Program-made: the position numbers and the translations under genes
Shown: positions 46,028 to 55,675 of the stretch, piece by piece
How positions within the stretch are numbered: the stretch's first letter is position 1
Layout of the letters: the number at the start of each line of letters is the position of its first letter
Notes under the pieces: model-generated
Told to the model about the DNA's origin: nothing
The model's input: only the letters and a program-made list of their open reading frames with translations
Databases searched by the model: none
Assembly: GCA_965197905.1 (NCBI GenBank)
Contig: CBDAOB010000005.1
Span: 896,001-960,000, forward strand
Origin: Candidatus Latescibacterota bacterium
GTDB taxonomy: Bacteria; Latescibacterota; UBA2968; UBA8231
Reading direction: 5' to 3'
DNA length: 64,000 bases

Positions 46028-47386
46028 ATGAATCTCTACACCATGCTGGCCGCTCGAGCAGAAGAGGGCAACCCGGTTCGGGTCGGGCTCATTGGCGCCG
46101 GTAAATTTGGCACCATGTTTATCGCTCAGGCGCGCCTGATGACGGGGATACACTTGGTGGGGATCGCCGATCTCGATGTGGAACGAGCGAAAGCCAGCTG
46201 CCTGCGCACCGGTTGGTCGGAGGAGCAGATTAAACCCGCATCTATCACAGCGGCCGTCGATTCGGGCGGCACCTGCATTACCGACGATTCAGGCGCGCTT
46301 TTAGATGCGCCGGGTTTGGAGGTGGTGATCGAGGCGACCGGAAATCCAGCTGTCGGCATCGACCACTGCCTCGGTGCGATCGACGCCGGCTGTCACATCG
46401 TCATGGTGAACGTGGAAGCAGATGTGCTGGCCGGACCTGTACTGGCGGCAAGAGCGCAACAGGCAGGCCTCGTGTACAGCCTCGCCTGGGGAGATCAACC
46501 AGCGCTGATCTGCGAACATGTGGACTGGGCGCGCAGCTGTGGCTTTCAGGTTGTATGTGCCGGAAAAGGCACACGCTACCATCCCACCTTTCATCAGTCC
46601 ACCCCCGACACTGTGTGGGACAACTTCCACTTCGACCGCGCTACCGCCGAACGGGGCGGCATGAATCCGAAGATGTTCAACAGCTTTATCGACGGCAGCA
46701 AGTCGGCCATCGAGATGAGCGCGGTCTGCAACGCCACAGGGTTGACGCCACAGCCGGACGGACTGGCATTTCCGCCCTCATCCTGCACTGCCCTGGCGGA
46801 GGTCTGCAAACCCAGAGATGCTGGCGGTACTCTCACTCATTGCGGCACGACGGAAGTGGTATCGTCGTTGAACCGAGATATGACACCGGTGGAGAATGAC
46901 CTGATGATGGGCACCTACGTCGTGGTGGAGGCGGAGAACGAGTACGTGCGCAACTGTTTCGAGGAATACCGGATGTTCCCGGACAGCTCTCGACAATACG
47001 CGGCTCTATATCGCCCCACCCACATGATCGGTTTGGAGCTGGGAATATCGGTGGCGTCCGCGGCGTTGCGCGGCGAACCTACAGGTGCCCCGCGTGGATT
47101 CAAATCCGATATCGTGGCTACGGCCAAGCGCGATCTCCAATCGAGTGAGACGCTTGATGGAGAAGGGGGCTACTGCGTCTGGGGAAAACAGGTGCCAGCC
47201 GAGGTATCACTGAAGGAAGGGTGGTTGCCGCTCGGGCTTTCCCATGATGTCCGTTTGAGGCGGGATCTCGGCGCCGGCGAGCAGGTCGCCTGGAAGGATG
47301 TGGAAATCGACGCCTCAACCACGGCGGTGAAGCTGCGTCGGGAGATGGAGAGCAACTTTGGCACGAGCGCCTCGAAACCTCCTTGA
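46028..47386 (+). CDS. Homoserine dehydrogenase-like NAD(P)-binding oxidoreductase with C-terminal SAF domain
   Basis: GLIGAGKFG, MVNVEAD, GDQPA, DGSKSAIEM, AKRDL...LDGEGG, LPLGL. Confidence 0.88.
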   Translation: MNLYTMLAARAEEGNPVRVGLIGAGKFGTMFIAQARLMTGIHLVGIADLDVERAKASCLRTGWSEEQIKPASITAAVDSGGTCITDDSGALLDAPGLEVVIEATGNPAVGIDHCLGAIDAGCHIVMVNVEADVLAGPVLAARAQQAGLVYSLAWGDQPALICEHVDWARSCGFQVVCAGKGTRYHPTFHQSTPDTVWDNFHFDRATAERGGMNPKMFNSFIDGSKSAIEMSAVCNATGLTPQPDGLAFPPSSCTALAEVCKPRDAGGTLTHCGTTEVVSSLNRDMTPVENDLMMGTYVVVEAENEYVRNCFEEYRMFPDSSRQYAALYRPTHMIGLELGISVASAALRGEPTGAPRGFKSDIVATAKRDLQSSETLDGEGGYCVWGKQVPAEVSLKEGWLPLGLSHDVRLRRDLGAGEQVAWKDVEIDASTTAVKLRREMESNFGTSASKPP

Positions 47387-47408
47387 TTACTCACTGAAGG
47401 AGTAGGCG

Positions 47409-48260
47409 ATGCGAATCCCGATCACCATGTGTCACGGCACACGAGAAGGAGGAAACTATCCGTTGTCGGCGGATTATCTGGATGGTTTGATGTCTATTGC
47501 GGCGGAGCTTGGCTTCGAGTCCATCAACTACGATCAGCTGGATCTCTGGCGCAGCGGAAAGGGCGAACTGCCACCGCGACCGTTCATGTTCGACGTGGAC
47601 CACCCGGAGAGATCGGTGTTTACAGATGTGCAGAAAGTGCTCGACCGCTATGGTTTCAAGGGCAATCTGTTTGTCAATACCGGTCCCATGGATGAGCTCT
47701 ACTCTCGTCCGATGCCCGCCGACGCAGAGCGCACCACCATGACGTGGGACGAAGTCCGAGCATTGATGGCCAACGGGTGGCATCTCGGAGCCCACACCGT
47801 CACCCATCCAAATCTATCGGAGCTCCATGTCGAGGATCCCACCGGCGAGAAGATCGCCGCCGAATTGGACCAGTGTAACGAGACGCTTCAACGGGAGTTG
47901 GGGAACCCTATGCGAGATTTCGCCTTTACCGGCACTTCTTGCAGTAGCTCGGCGGAGCGGGAGGTGATGAAGCGCTACCGGTTCGGCCGCCTCTGGGTTC
48001 GTCAGCTAGATACGCCAGAGCGCCAATCACCTAGCGACTATGAGGTCGACGGCCGGACGATTCGTTACGCCGAGTACGTCGGTTCCGATGAGCCGAACGA
48101 CGCGGATGGTGGACCGCCCATGTCGGTGCGCTACATCACGGAGGAGTCAAATCCGTACCGGTTGCCGGGGATGGAGCTTCAGAGCTCGCTGATGCACGAA
48201 CTCGAGAGTTTCCGCCGCTACTTCGAAGAAGCCCTAGATCCGACACCTCACAGGAGCTGA
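47409..48260 (+). CDS. Polysaccharide deacetylase (CE4/NodB-like) family protein, divergent
   Basis: MTWDEVRAL, GAHTVTHPNL. Motif 1 reads MFDVDH instead of TFDDG. Confidence 0.75.
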   Translation: MRIPITMCHGTREGGNYPLSADYLDGLMSIAAELGFESINYDQLDLWRSGKGELPPRPFMFDVDHPERSVFTDVQKVLDRYGFKGNLFVNTGPMDELYSRPMPADAERTTMTWDEVRALMANGWHLGAHTVTHPNLSELHVEDPTGEKIAAELDQCNETLQRELGNPMRDFAFTGTSCSSSAEREVMKRYRFGRLWVRQLDTPERQSPSDYEVDGRTIRYAEYVGSDEPNDADGGPPMSVRYITEESNPYRLPGMELQSSLMHELESFRRYFEEALDPTPHRS

Positions 48261-48262
48261 AA

Positions 48263-50377
48263 TTGAGTATCCAACGCAAGCTTACCGACCTCTCTCGCGG
48301 TGCAATTAGCACCATCGCCGGTGTCTCGATTCGCGATGGCATCCCGGCACGCGATGCCGATGCCGGTTGGCCCCTCGGCGTCGTGCGCCGACCTGACGGA
48401 GAGCTCATTGTCATTGACTACTACGCCCACAGTATCTGGCGCATCGATGCAGACGGCATCCTGCACCGCTTCGCCGGGGACGGGGTGCCTGGAAATTCCG
48501 GAGACGGCGGGCCGGCTCTGGAGGCCCGATTCTACCACCCCCACGATCTCAACCAGGATGCCAAGGGCAACCTGTATCTCTCCGATCTGGGCAACGACAC
48601 CATCCGCCGCATCGACGTGGAGACCGGCATTATCACCCGCGTCGCTGGCAGCGGCCGGCGGGGGCGCGGTGGCGATGGGGGACCGGCCGTGGAGGCGGAG
48701 CTGGACTGTACCTGCGGCGTAGCAATCGACAAGGCGGGGAACCTTTTCCTGTCCAGCGAGTGGATGAACAACATCCGCCGGGTGGACGCCAACACCGGCA
48801 TCATCGAGACCGTCTACGGACTGAGCGCCCGCCACTATCCTTCGGAGGAGGGGGAGAGCCGGCCTTTCTCCGGACCTGACCTGAGCCTAATGGGTTACCA
48901 TGGAGATGGAGGACCGGCGGCCGAAGCTGGCTTCCGTCATCCCGAACATCTGGCGTTCGACTCGAAGGGCGATCTCCATGTATGCGACAACTCCAACGAC
49001 CGCATCCGCAAGATCGAGGTAGAGACCGGGATGATGTCGACGGTGCTGGGAAATGGCCAGCGCGCCTCCAATGGCGACGGTGGCCCAGCGGTTGAAGCCA
49101 GCACGCTGATGCCGGATGCCCTTTGTTTCGATACCCACGACAATCTGTATGTGGGTGAGAAGTACGGATTCCGGGTGCGAAGGGTGGATGCCGCGTCCGG
49201 GATCGTGACCACTCTGGTGGGAACCGGTGTCCCCGGATTCGGTGAGGAAGGACTGCCCGGTTCGGAGACTCATTGCAACTCTTGCGAGGCCGGCATCTGG
49301 GCCGATCCCGATGGCACCGTGTTCTGGGGTGACTGCTCCGGCCGCCTGCGGCGCTGCGACGGCGAGACCGGCATCGTGACCACGGCCCTGGGGGGCACCG
49401 GCGTGCACGACGGCGAAACGGCCGACCACGCCTTTCTGTGCGGGCCAGGGGGGTTGAGCGTAGCGCCCGACGGCAAGATCTACATCGCCGACACCTGGAA
49501 CCAGCGGATACGCTGCATCGATCCGGAGACCGGGATCATCGAGACCGTGGCAGGCAACGGCGCTCGCGCGTACGGTGGGGACGGTGGTCCCGCCACCGAG
49601 GCTTACCTGGGCAATCCGTACGACGTATCGGTCGATTCACGTGGCCGGGTGGTCATCGCCGACACTCGCCACGGGCACGTGCGGCGCATCGAAGAGGACG
49701 GCACCATTCGCGGCATCGCCGGTGCCGTCTTCCTGTGGGACAAAGGGGACGGCGGTCCCGCCAACTGCGCCTGCCTCATGGCGGTGGAGTCTGTCGCCCA
49801 CGACGCCAACGACAACATCTATATAGGTGATGCGGGCGTCGGGCGCATTCGCCGGGTGGACCATGCCACCGGTCTGATCGAAACCGTCGCCGGCAATGGC
49901 ACGGTGGGCTACAGTGGCGACGGAGGGGACGCCCGAGCGGCGCGTATCGGCGGCCCGCAATCGATCTGCTTCGACGAAGCGGGCAGCATGTATTTCGCCG
50001 ACGCCAAATACCATGTAGTGCGCAAGGTGGATACCAACGGGATCATCAGTACGATGGCGGGTACCGGTGAATTGGGACACTCTGCTGACGGCACTGCTGC
50101 CACAGCGGCGCGTTTGGAGGTGCCGTACGGAGTGGCTGTATCGGCCGAAGGACAGGTCTACTTCTCCGATACGGGTAACAACTGCGTGCGGCGGATTCGC
50201 AGCGATGGAACTCTAGAGACCGTTGCGGGCGGCCGCGAAGGAGGCGACACCGGGGATGGCAATGCTCGCGCCTGCCGATTGAATGCGCCCCAGGGAATCT
50301 GCTTCTACGGTCCCGATATTCTGCTGATCAGCGATCGTTACAACAACAAGATCAAAGCGGTGAAGCTCGAGAAGTGA
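48263..50377 (+). CDS. NHL-repeat protein (about 12 repeats, probably two six-bladed propellers)
   Basis: Repeated GDGGPA...P..vavD..GnlyiaD..n.RIRRID..TGiI.TvAG units; no signal peptide. Confidence 0.9.
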   Translation: MSIQRKLTDLSRGAISTIAGVSIRDGIPARDADAGWPLGVVRRPDGELIVIDYYAHSIWRIDADGILHRFAGDGVPGNSGDGGPALEARFYHPHDLNQDAKGNLYLSDLGNDTIRRIDVETGIITRVAGSGRRGRGGDGGPAVEAELDCTCGVAIDKAGNLFLSSEWMNNIRRVDANTGIIETVYGLSARHYPSEEGESRPFSGPDLSLMGYHGDGGPAAEAGFRHPEHLAFDSKGDLHVCDNSNDRIRKIEVETGMMSTVLGNGQRASNGDGGPAVEASTLMPDALCFDTHDNLYVGEKYGFRVRRVDAASGIVTTLVGTGVPGFGEEGLPGSETHCNSCEAGIWADPDGTVFWGDCSGRLRRCDGETGIVTTALGGTGVHDGETADHAFLCGPGGLSVAPDGKIYIADTWNQRIRCIDPETGIIETVAGNGARAYGGDGGPATEAYLGNPYDVSVDSRGRVVIADTRHGHVRRIEEDGTIRGIAGAVFLWDKGDGGPANCACLMAVESVAHDANDNIYIGDAGVGRIRRVDHATGLIETVAGNGTVGYSGDGGDARAARIGGPQSICFDEAGSMYFADAKYHVVRKVDTNGIISTMAGTGELGHSADGTAATAARLEVPYGVAVSAEGQVYFSDTGNNCVRRIRSDGTLETVAGGREGGDTGDGNARACRLNAPQGICFYGPDILLISDRYNNKIKAVKLEK

Positions 50378-50442
50378 GCACGTTCCGCATGACCTGGCTG
50401 TACTAGTGCCGGTGTCGGTCAGCAATTAGAACGGAGCAAGAT

Positions 50443-51987
50443 TTGACAACATTCTCAGCCCCATATGGCCAGCGGCAGCTTTTTGTAGACGACGTCGGCA
50501 TCGCCCGGATAGAGAACCTCGAACGTTCGATGCACCGCCCGGTGAAGCGTGGCCCGGTGCTGACCGCCGACCGGCCCTGGGACGGTCAGGGCGTACACTC
50601 AGCCTCCGCGCCCATGTGGATCGATGCGGAGAATCAGTACAAGCTTCTCTACGAGATCCGCGACAAGAAAGTAAAACGATACGCTCTCGCTGTTTCCGGG
50701 GACGGCCTGGTTTGGGAGAAACCTGCTCTTGGACAGGTGGAGTTTGGTGGTTCGACCGACAACAATCTTTTCCCGACCCCGGACAACAAACGGATTTGGC
50801 ACGTCGTGTACGATCCGGACGACGCCGACGAGACCCGACGTTTCAAGGGATTCCTTACCGTGAAGAAAGGCCGGATCCCGGTGGTGAGCCCCGACTGCGC
50901 CCACTGGCGCAAGCTGGATGTGGATCCGCTGGCGTTGCGTTCGGGCGATGCCGGCACTCTTACCTACGATCGTTCCCGTCGCCGTTTTCTTGGGCTGCTC
51001 AAACGGCCACGTTCGATCCCCAATCAGACGGCTGTTGGCCGTGCCTACGATGTCACGATCAGCGAAGACTTCGAGCATTGGTCGGAGCCGGCTTTCATAT
51101 TCGGCATGGATACCGAGCGAGACCAGGAGATGGCCCTCGACGTGATTCGACGCCGGCTGGGCGATCAGGCGTTAGCCAAGCCGATGTATGTGGACCCTGA
51201 TCCGGCTATCGGGTGGACACCGCCGGAAGGCAAGAACCACATCGCCACGTGGCAGGCCGAGTGTTACAATTTCGGTGTGTTCCCGTACGAGGGGATCTAC
51301 ATCGGTTTGGCGACGGTGTTCTACCCCACCGGGCAGGGGCTGCCGGACCGGGTCAATACCGACGGTTTCAACACCATCCAGCTGGCGGCCAGTCGCGATT
51401 TAAGACATTGGGAAAGGCTGGGAGATCGGCAGCCGTTCCTGGAAACCTCGCGCCTCGACGCGGGAATGGTAGGGAATTACGACAGACTCCAGCTCGGGTT
51501 CTTTAATCAGGGGGTCGTGCACGGCGATGAGGTTCGGTTCTATTACAACGGCATGAAACGACGGGTGCCGTTTCACGACCGTTACAGCGACGGCACCCCA
51601 CGGGACCCATCAACCCTGTCCGCCGAGGAGCGCGCCGACTGGCTGGAGGATGGTGACTCCGCCATTATGCTGGCGGTGCTGCGCCGCGACGGGTTCGTTT
51701 CCCTCGATGCCGGCGAGAAGGAGGGGCTCGTTTGGACCAACCCGTTTGTTTTGCAGGGGGACAAGATCCTAGCGAACACCGAACTCAGTCCGGGGGGGGA
51801 GTTGCGCTGCGAGCTGCTAGACGCAACGGGCGATGTCCTGGCCGTATCGCTGCCCCAGCGGGGTGATCAGCTGCGCGCCGCGTTGGAGTGGGAAAGCGAT
51901 TGTTTGAACGAACATCGAGGGGAAGAGGTGACCCTTCGCTTCAACCTCTCAAACGGCTCTCTATATTCCTACTGGCTCGAAGATTGA
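50443..51987 (+). CDS. GH32/GH43-like beta-propeller plus beta-sandwich protein (paralog 2)
   Basis: RQLFVDD, SGDGLVWEKP, SRDLRHW, RRDGFVSLDAG, LYSYW. Confidence 0.65.
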   Translation: MTTFSAPYGQRQLFVDDVGIARIENLERSMHRPVKRGPVLTADRPWDGQGVHSASAPMWIDAENQYKLLYEIRDKKVKRYALAVSGDGLVWEKPALGQVEFGGSTDNNLFPTPDNKRIWHVVYDPDDADETRRFKGFLTVKKGRIPVVSPDCAHWRKLDVDPLALRSGDAGTLTYDRSRRRFLGLLKRPRSIPNQTAVGRAYDVTISEDFEHWSEPAFIFGMDTERDQEMALDVIRRRLGDQALAKPMYVDPDPAIGWTPPEGKNHIATWQAECYNFGVFPYEGIYIGLATVFYPTGQGLPDRVNTDGFNTIQLAASRDLRHWERLGDRQPFLETSRLDAGMVGNYDRLQLGFFNQGVVHGDEVRFYYNGMKRRVPFHDRYSDGTPRDPSTLSAEERADWLEDGDSAIMLAVLRRDGFVSLDAGEKEGLVWTNPFVLQGDKILANTELSPGGELRCELLDATGDVLAVSLPQRGDQLRAALEWESDCLNEHRGEEVTLRFNLSNGSLYSYWLED

Positions 51988-52817
51988 CGCAAATCCAGAT
52001 AGCCTACAGCACCTATGGGTTGCGGTCGGTGGATCCGTTCGAAGCGGTCGAGCGGGTCAGCGCCATCGGGTACGAAGGACTCGAGATCAACTGCGGCCAT
52101 GACTGGCCTACCGCGCCGGATCGGTTCAGTGCAGACCACCGCAAGCGATTGAAGGATTCCTTTCAGACGGCCGGCTTTCCGCCGCCAGTCGTTATGAATC
52201 TCATCCATCTTTGCGCTCACGACGAAAACCCCGCCGAGAAGAGGGCGCTACTGGAAGCGACGTGTCGGCTCGCCCGCGATCTCTGTTGGGTCGATCAACC
52301 GTCGATCGTAACCACCACGCTCGGAAAACAGATGGAGATCTGGGAGATCTCTCGCGCGGCGGTTGTGTCCAAGCTCCGGCAGTACGTCGAGATCGCTGCC
52401 GCGCACAACGTGATTCTGGCCGCCGAAGCGCATGTGGGTCAGGAGCTGGATACCCCTGAAAAAGCGAGGTGGCTGGTGGAAACCATCGACCATCCCAACC
52501 TGAGACTCAACTTCGACTACAGCCATTTTCTGGTTCGCGACATCGATCTGCAGCACGCCCTGGACCTGAACGCAGAATACGCCGTCCACGCTCACATCAA
52601 GGATGGGCGTATGGTCGACGGCCAGGTGGTCTTCGCGCTACCCGGCGATGACCAGCTCCAGCTCGAGGATTATCTGCGACAGATGTATGCCTCGGGGCTA
52701 CGAATTCCCATTACCGTGGAGGTCAGCGCCCAGATCTGGAATGCGGAAGGGTACGATCCGTGGCGGACGGCCGAGCATTGCTTCGCGCGAATGGATGCGG
52801 CGAGGCGGGCAACTTGA
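51984..52817 (+). CDS. Sugar phosphate isomerase/epimerase (xylose isomerase-like TIM barrel)
   Basis: GYEGLEI, AAEAH, NFDYSH, HAHIKD, TVEV. TTG start overlaps the upstream TGA. Confidence 0.88.
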   Translation: MTQIQIAYSTYGLRSVDPFEAVERVSAIGYEGLEINCGHDWPTAPDRFSADHRKRLKDSFQTAGFPPPVVMNLIHLCAHDENPAEKRALLEATCRLARDLCWVDQPSIVTTTLGKQMEIWEISRAAVVSKLRQYVEIAAAHNVILAAEAHVGQELDTPEKARWLVETIDHPNLRLNFDYSHFLVRDIDLQHALDLNAEYAVHAHIKDGRMVDGQVVFALPGDDQLQLEDYLRQMYASGLRIPITVEVSAQIWNAEGYDPWRTAEHCFARMDAARRAT

Positions 52818-54454
52818 TGTTTCAGTCAGAAGATCAAAACTTCCACCGGTTCTTTCAGGAGGTTTGCGAACTCGCCCCGCGCGCGCTGGCGTTATCAGCC
52901 GACGGGAAACCTTACACCTACCAGGAGCTTTGGGAAACGAGCGGCTGCCTCGCGAGGTCATTGCTCAAAGCCGGCCTCGATCCCGGTGACCGAGTCGGTC
53001 TCTGGCTTCCCAACAGCGTCGAATACATCCTTGGTCTCTTGGCGGTCTCCCGTGTCGGTGCCATAGCGATCCCCCTCAACACCCGCTTCAGGCAAGACGA
53101 TCTCAGCTTCCTGCTGCAACATTCCAAGATGGCCATGCTGGTGTGCCCCGCGACCTTCCTGCAGACCGATTACCCAGAACTGCTGCGGCGGTTAGCTCCC
53201 GACTTGAAGCCCCGCCCAAATGGGGAATGCAGCACCTCCTATATTCCCTCCCTGAAGCGTATTCTTACTGTCGCCGACACGCCGGCCAAGCCTTTCTGCT
53301 CCTTTTGGTCATTCCTAGAGGACGGCAAAGACGTCCCCGCAGGGCCCACCGAGCAGGCGGAGCAATCGGTTCAACCCGACGATATCTGCATCCTCATGTA
53401 TACCAGCGGAAGCATCGCCACGCCGAAAGGGGTGCTCCTCAAACACGCCTCCTGCGCCCGCAAACCAATCGTACTCGCGGAACGTCTGAAACTGAGAGCC
53501 GACGATCGTTTCTACACGGCCATGCCGCTCTCGCATGCTGCAGGACTGTTCAGCGGGTGGTGGCTCGCCGTTGCCGTCGGCGGCCCGCTCTTCACCCACT
53601 CCCGGTTCGACGCCCGGGAGACCTTGCGAACCCTGTCCGAGGAGGGGATTACGGTTGAGCGCTCATTTCCCACTCTGGTGATGGATCAGCTCGCCGTTGC
53701 CGAGGAGCGGAGGAACGAGTACGACCTCTCCAAACTGCGGACCGGACTTTCCTCGAGCCTCAACACCGAGGTGTTTGAGAAGCTCGAACGGGTCATAGGT
53801 CCTCACGAATACGTCAACAACTACGGCTTCACCGAAGCAACTGGCGTCGTGAGCCTTTCCTATCCTGAAGATCCCCCGGAGCTACGCTGGGAGAAGATGG
53901 GTAAGCCAATAGAAGGCATGGAGGTCCAGATCGTCGATCCCGATAGCGGCCTTGGCTTACATGCCGGAGAAGAGGGTGAAATCCTCGTTCGCGGGTGGGC
54001 AATGATGAAAGGGTACCATGATCCAGGACCTGAAGTCCCTCCCGCTTTCGATGGCAATGGCTGGTACCACACAGGCGATCTTGGGCGAATGGACCGCGAG
54101 GGTTATCTCACCTACCTGGGGCGCGTGGAGGAACGGTTGCGGGTAGGAGGAGAAAACGTAGTGCCCGAAGAGGTCAGCCTGTTTTTGCGCCGGCATCCCG
54201 AGGTCGAGGCAGCCGAGGTGTTTGGAATCCCGGACGAACGCCTGGGTGAGGTCCCGGCTGCCGTGATCCAGCTCAAGCCAGGGGCACGCTTCTCGGCCTC
54301 GGAGGTCCATGCCTATTGCCGGGACCGCATCGCCAGCTTCAAGATTCCCCAGCACATCCGTTTCGTTGACCAGATGCCCATCAGTGCCAGTCACAAGGTG
54401 GATCGCCGCAGGTTGCGGCAGGAGATACTCGAAGGGCTCGGCATCGAGATGTAG
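52817..54454 (+). CDS. AMP-binding enzyme / acyl-CoA synthetase
   Basis: YTSGSIATPKG, YGFTE, WYHTGDLG, GGENV, FKIP, KVDR. TGATG overlap with the upstream gene. Confidence 0.93.
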   Translation: MFQSEDQNFHRFFQEVCELAPRALALSADGKPYTYQELWETSGCLARSLLKAGLDPGDRVGLWLPNSVEYILGLLAVSRVGAIAIPLNTRFRQDDLSFLLQHSKMAMLVCPATFLQTDYPELLRRLAPDLKPRPNGECSTSYIPSLKRILTVADTPAKPFCSFWSFLEDGKDVPAGPTEQAEQSVQPDDICILMYTSGSIATPKGVLLKHASCARKPIVLAERLKLRADDRFYTAMPLSHAAGLFSGWWLAVAVGGPLFTHSRFDARETLRTLSEEGITVERSFPTLVMDQLAVAEERRNEYDLSKLRTGLSSSLNTEVFEKLERVIGPHEYVNNYGFTEATGVVSLSYPEDPPELRWEKMGKPIEGMEVQIVDPDSGLGLHAGEEGEILVRGWAMMKGYHDPGPEVPPAFDGNGWYHTGDLGRMDREGYLTYLGRVEERLRVGGENVVPEEVSLFLRRHPEVEAAEVFGIPDERLGEVPAAVIQLKPGARFSASEVHAYCRDRIASFKIPQHIRFVDQMPISASHKVDRRRLRQEILEGLGIEM

Positions 54455-54605
54455 TCCATCGGCTGGATCCTAGGGGAAACACTGGTCCTGTCTTGCATAC
54501 CGGTGTTTATTTGAGGTGAGAGGACTTCAATGCTCCTGGTGAGCAACCCGCAGCTGCACGTTACCTACGAGACGAGATTCCCCTAAATAGACAGGTGTAG
54601 CAAGC

Positions 54606-55622
54606 ATGGCTGCCGACCACACAGTTTTATTCGTCGACGACGACGAAGCGATAGTTCAACAGTTTGCCGATTTGTTGCAGCGGGAGGACTTCGATGTTGC
54701 CACTGCCACGGGAGCGGAAGCCGGGTTCAACCTGCTCCGCGAGCGATCGATTTCCCTGGCCATCGTCGACGAAAGTATGCCGGAGATACTGGGCGCGGAC
54801 TTCCTCGAGAGAGCGGCCTCCATTTCGCCGGACACGATCCGAATCCTGCTGACCAGTTCCACCGACGAAGAGGAGGCCATCGCCGCTCTCGGGGCCGGCA
54901 AAATCAATCGCTATCTTTCGAAGCCGTGGGATGATCAACAGCTCAAAATGACGATCCGTGAGGCGCTGACCAGGTTTGATCTGGAGGAAAAGAATCGCCA
55001 GCTGACGAGCGAACTGCAGCAAAAAAACGATGAGCTTGAGCGGAAGATTGTAGAAAGAACGAGCGAGTTGCGGGAGCGTTTGAAGGAGCTGGAAGCGAGG
55101 GACCGGATCGCCCAGCACGTTTTGACGATCCACACCTTGAGCGAGACCCTCGATGTCCTTCTGGATATTATGGTGGAGGTGCTGAGATTCGACCGCGCCC
55201 TAATCCTCCTCCTGGAGGACGGTGAAATGCAGCCGGTTGCCGCCATAGGCGTGACTGCACCGCGGATCAGGGTGCCTGCCCGGGAGGTGGGTCAACTGCG
55301 ATTCTCTGGTGCGCTGAAAAACGCTGTAAGTCTCGTACCGAAATCTATGGTTGAGTCGCGCATCGACGACGAAGAGGAAGGTTTCCAGTTCGGTATGGTC
55401 CCCATGCTACGTGGGGGCGAACTGATTGGTGTGATCGAATTCGACAATCACCGCACGGGTGGCGCCATTTCGGACGACGAATTGCAGACCATGACGCGGC
55501 TCGCGCTCCCCGCGGCGGTCGCTATCCATGACGCCCTTATTCATCAGGATGTGGACGACTGGAAGGGGCACCTGGATAAGGTGTTTCTAGAAATGTCAGA
55601 ACTGCGTGATCGGGCCGATTGA
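54606..55622 (+). CDS. Response regulator: receiver domain, coiled coil and GAF-like domain
   Basis: VLFVDDD, IVDESMP, RILLT, YLSKPW; LERKIVERT helix; VPMLRGGELIGVI GAF motif. Confidence 0.88.
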   Translation: MAADHTVLFVDDDEAIVQQFADLLQREDFDVATATGAEAGFNLLRERSISLAIVDESMPEILGADFLERAASISPDTIRILLTSSTDEEEAIAALGAGKINRYLSKPWDDQQLKMTIREALTRFDLEEKNRQLTSELQQKNDELERKIVERTSELRERLKELEARDRIAQHVLTIHTLSETLDVLLDIMVEVLRFDRALILLLEDGEMQPVAAIGVTAPRIRVPAREVGQLRFSGALKNAVSLVPKSMVESRIDDEEEGFQFGMVPMLRGGELIGVIEFDNHRTGGAISDDELQTMTRLALPAAVAIHDALIHQDVDDWKGHLDKVFLEMSELRDRAD

Positions 55623-55675
55623 TCGAGAGGCGCGGCGAAGCAGGCGAATCGAAACTACGGACTAGATAGGCGCGA

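Noticed and set aside
48263..50377. Recurrent GGCGACGGNGG-like nucleotide repeats as a CRISPR or DNA repeat array
   Set aside because: They are degenerate codons of the NHL protein repeat (GDGGPA), with no identical repeats or spacers.
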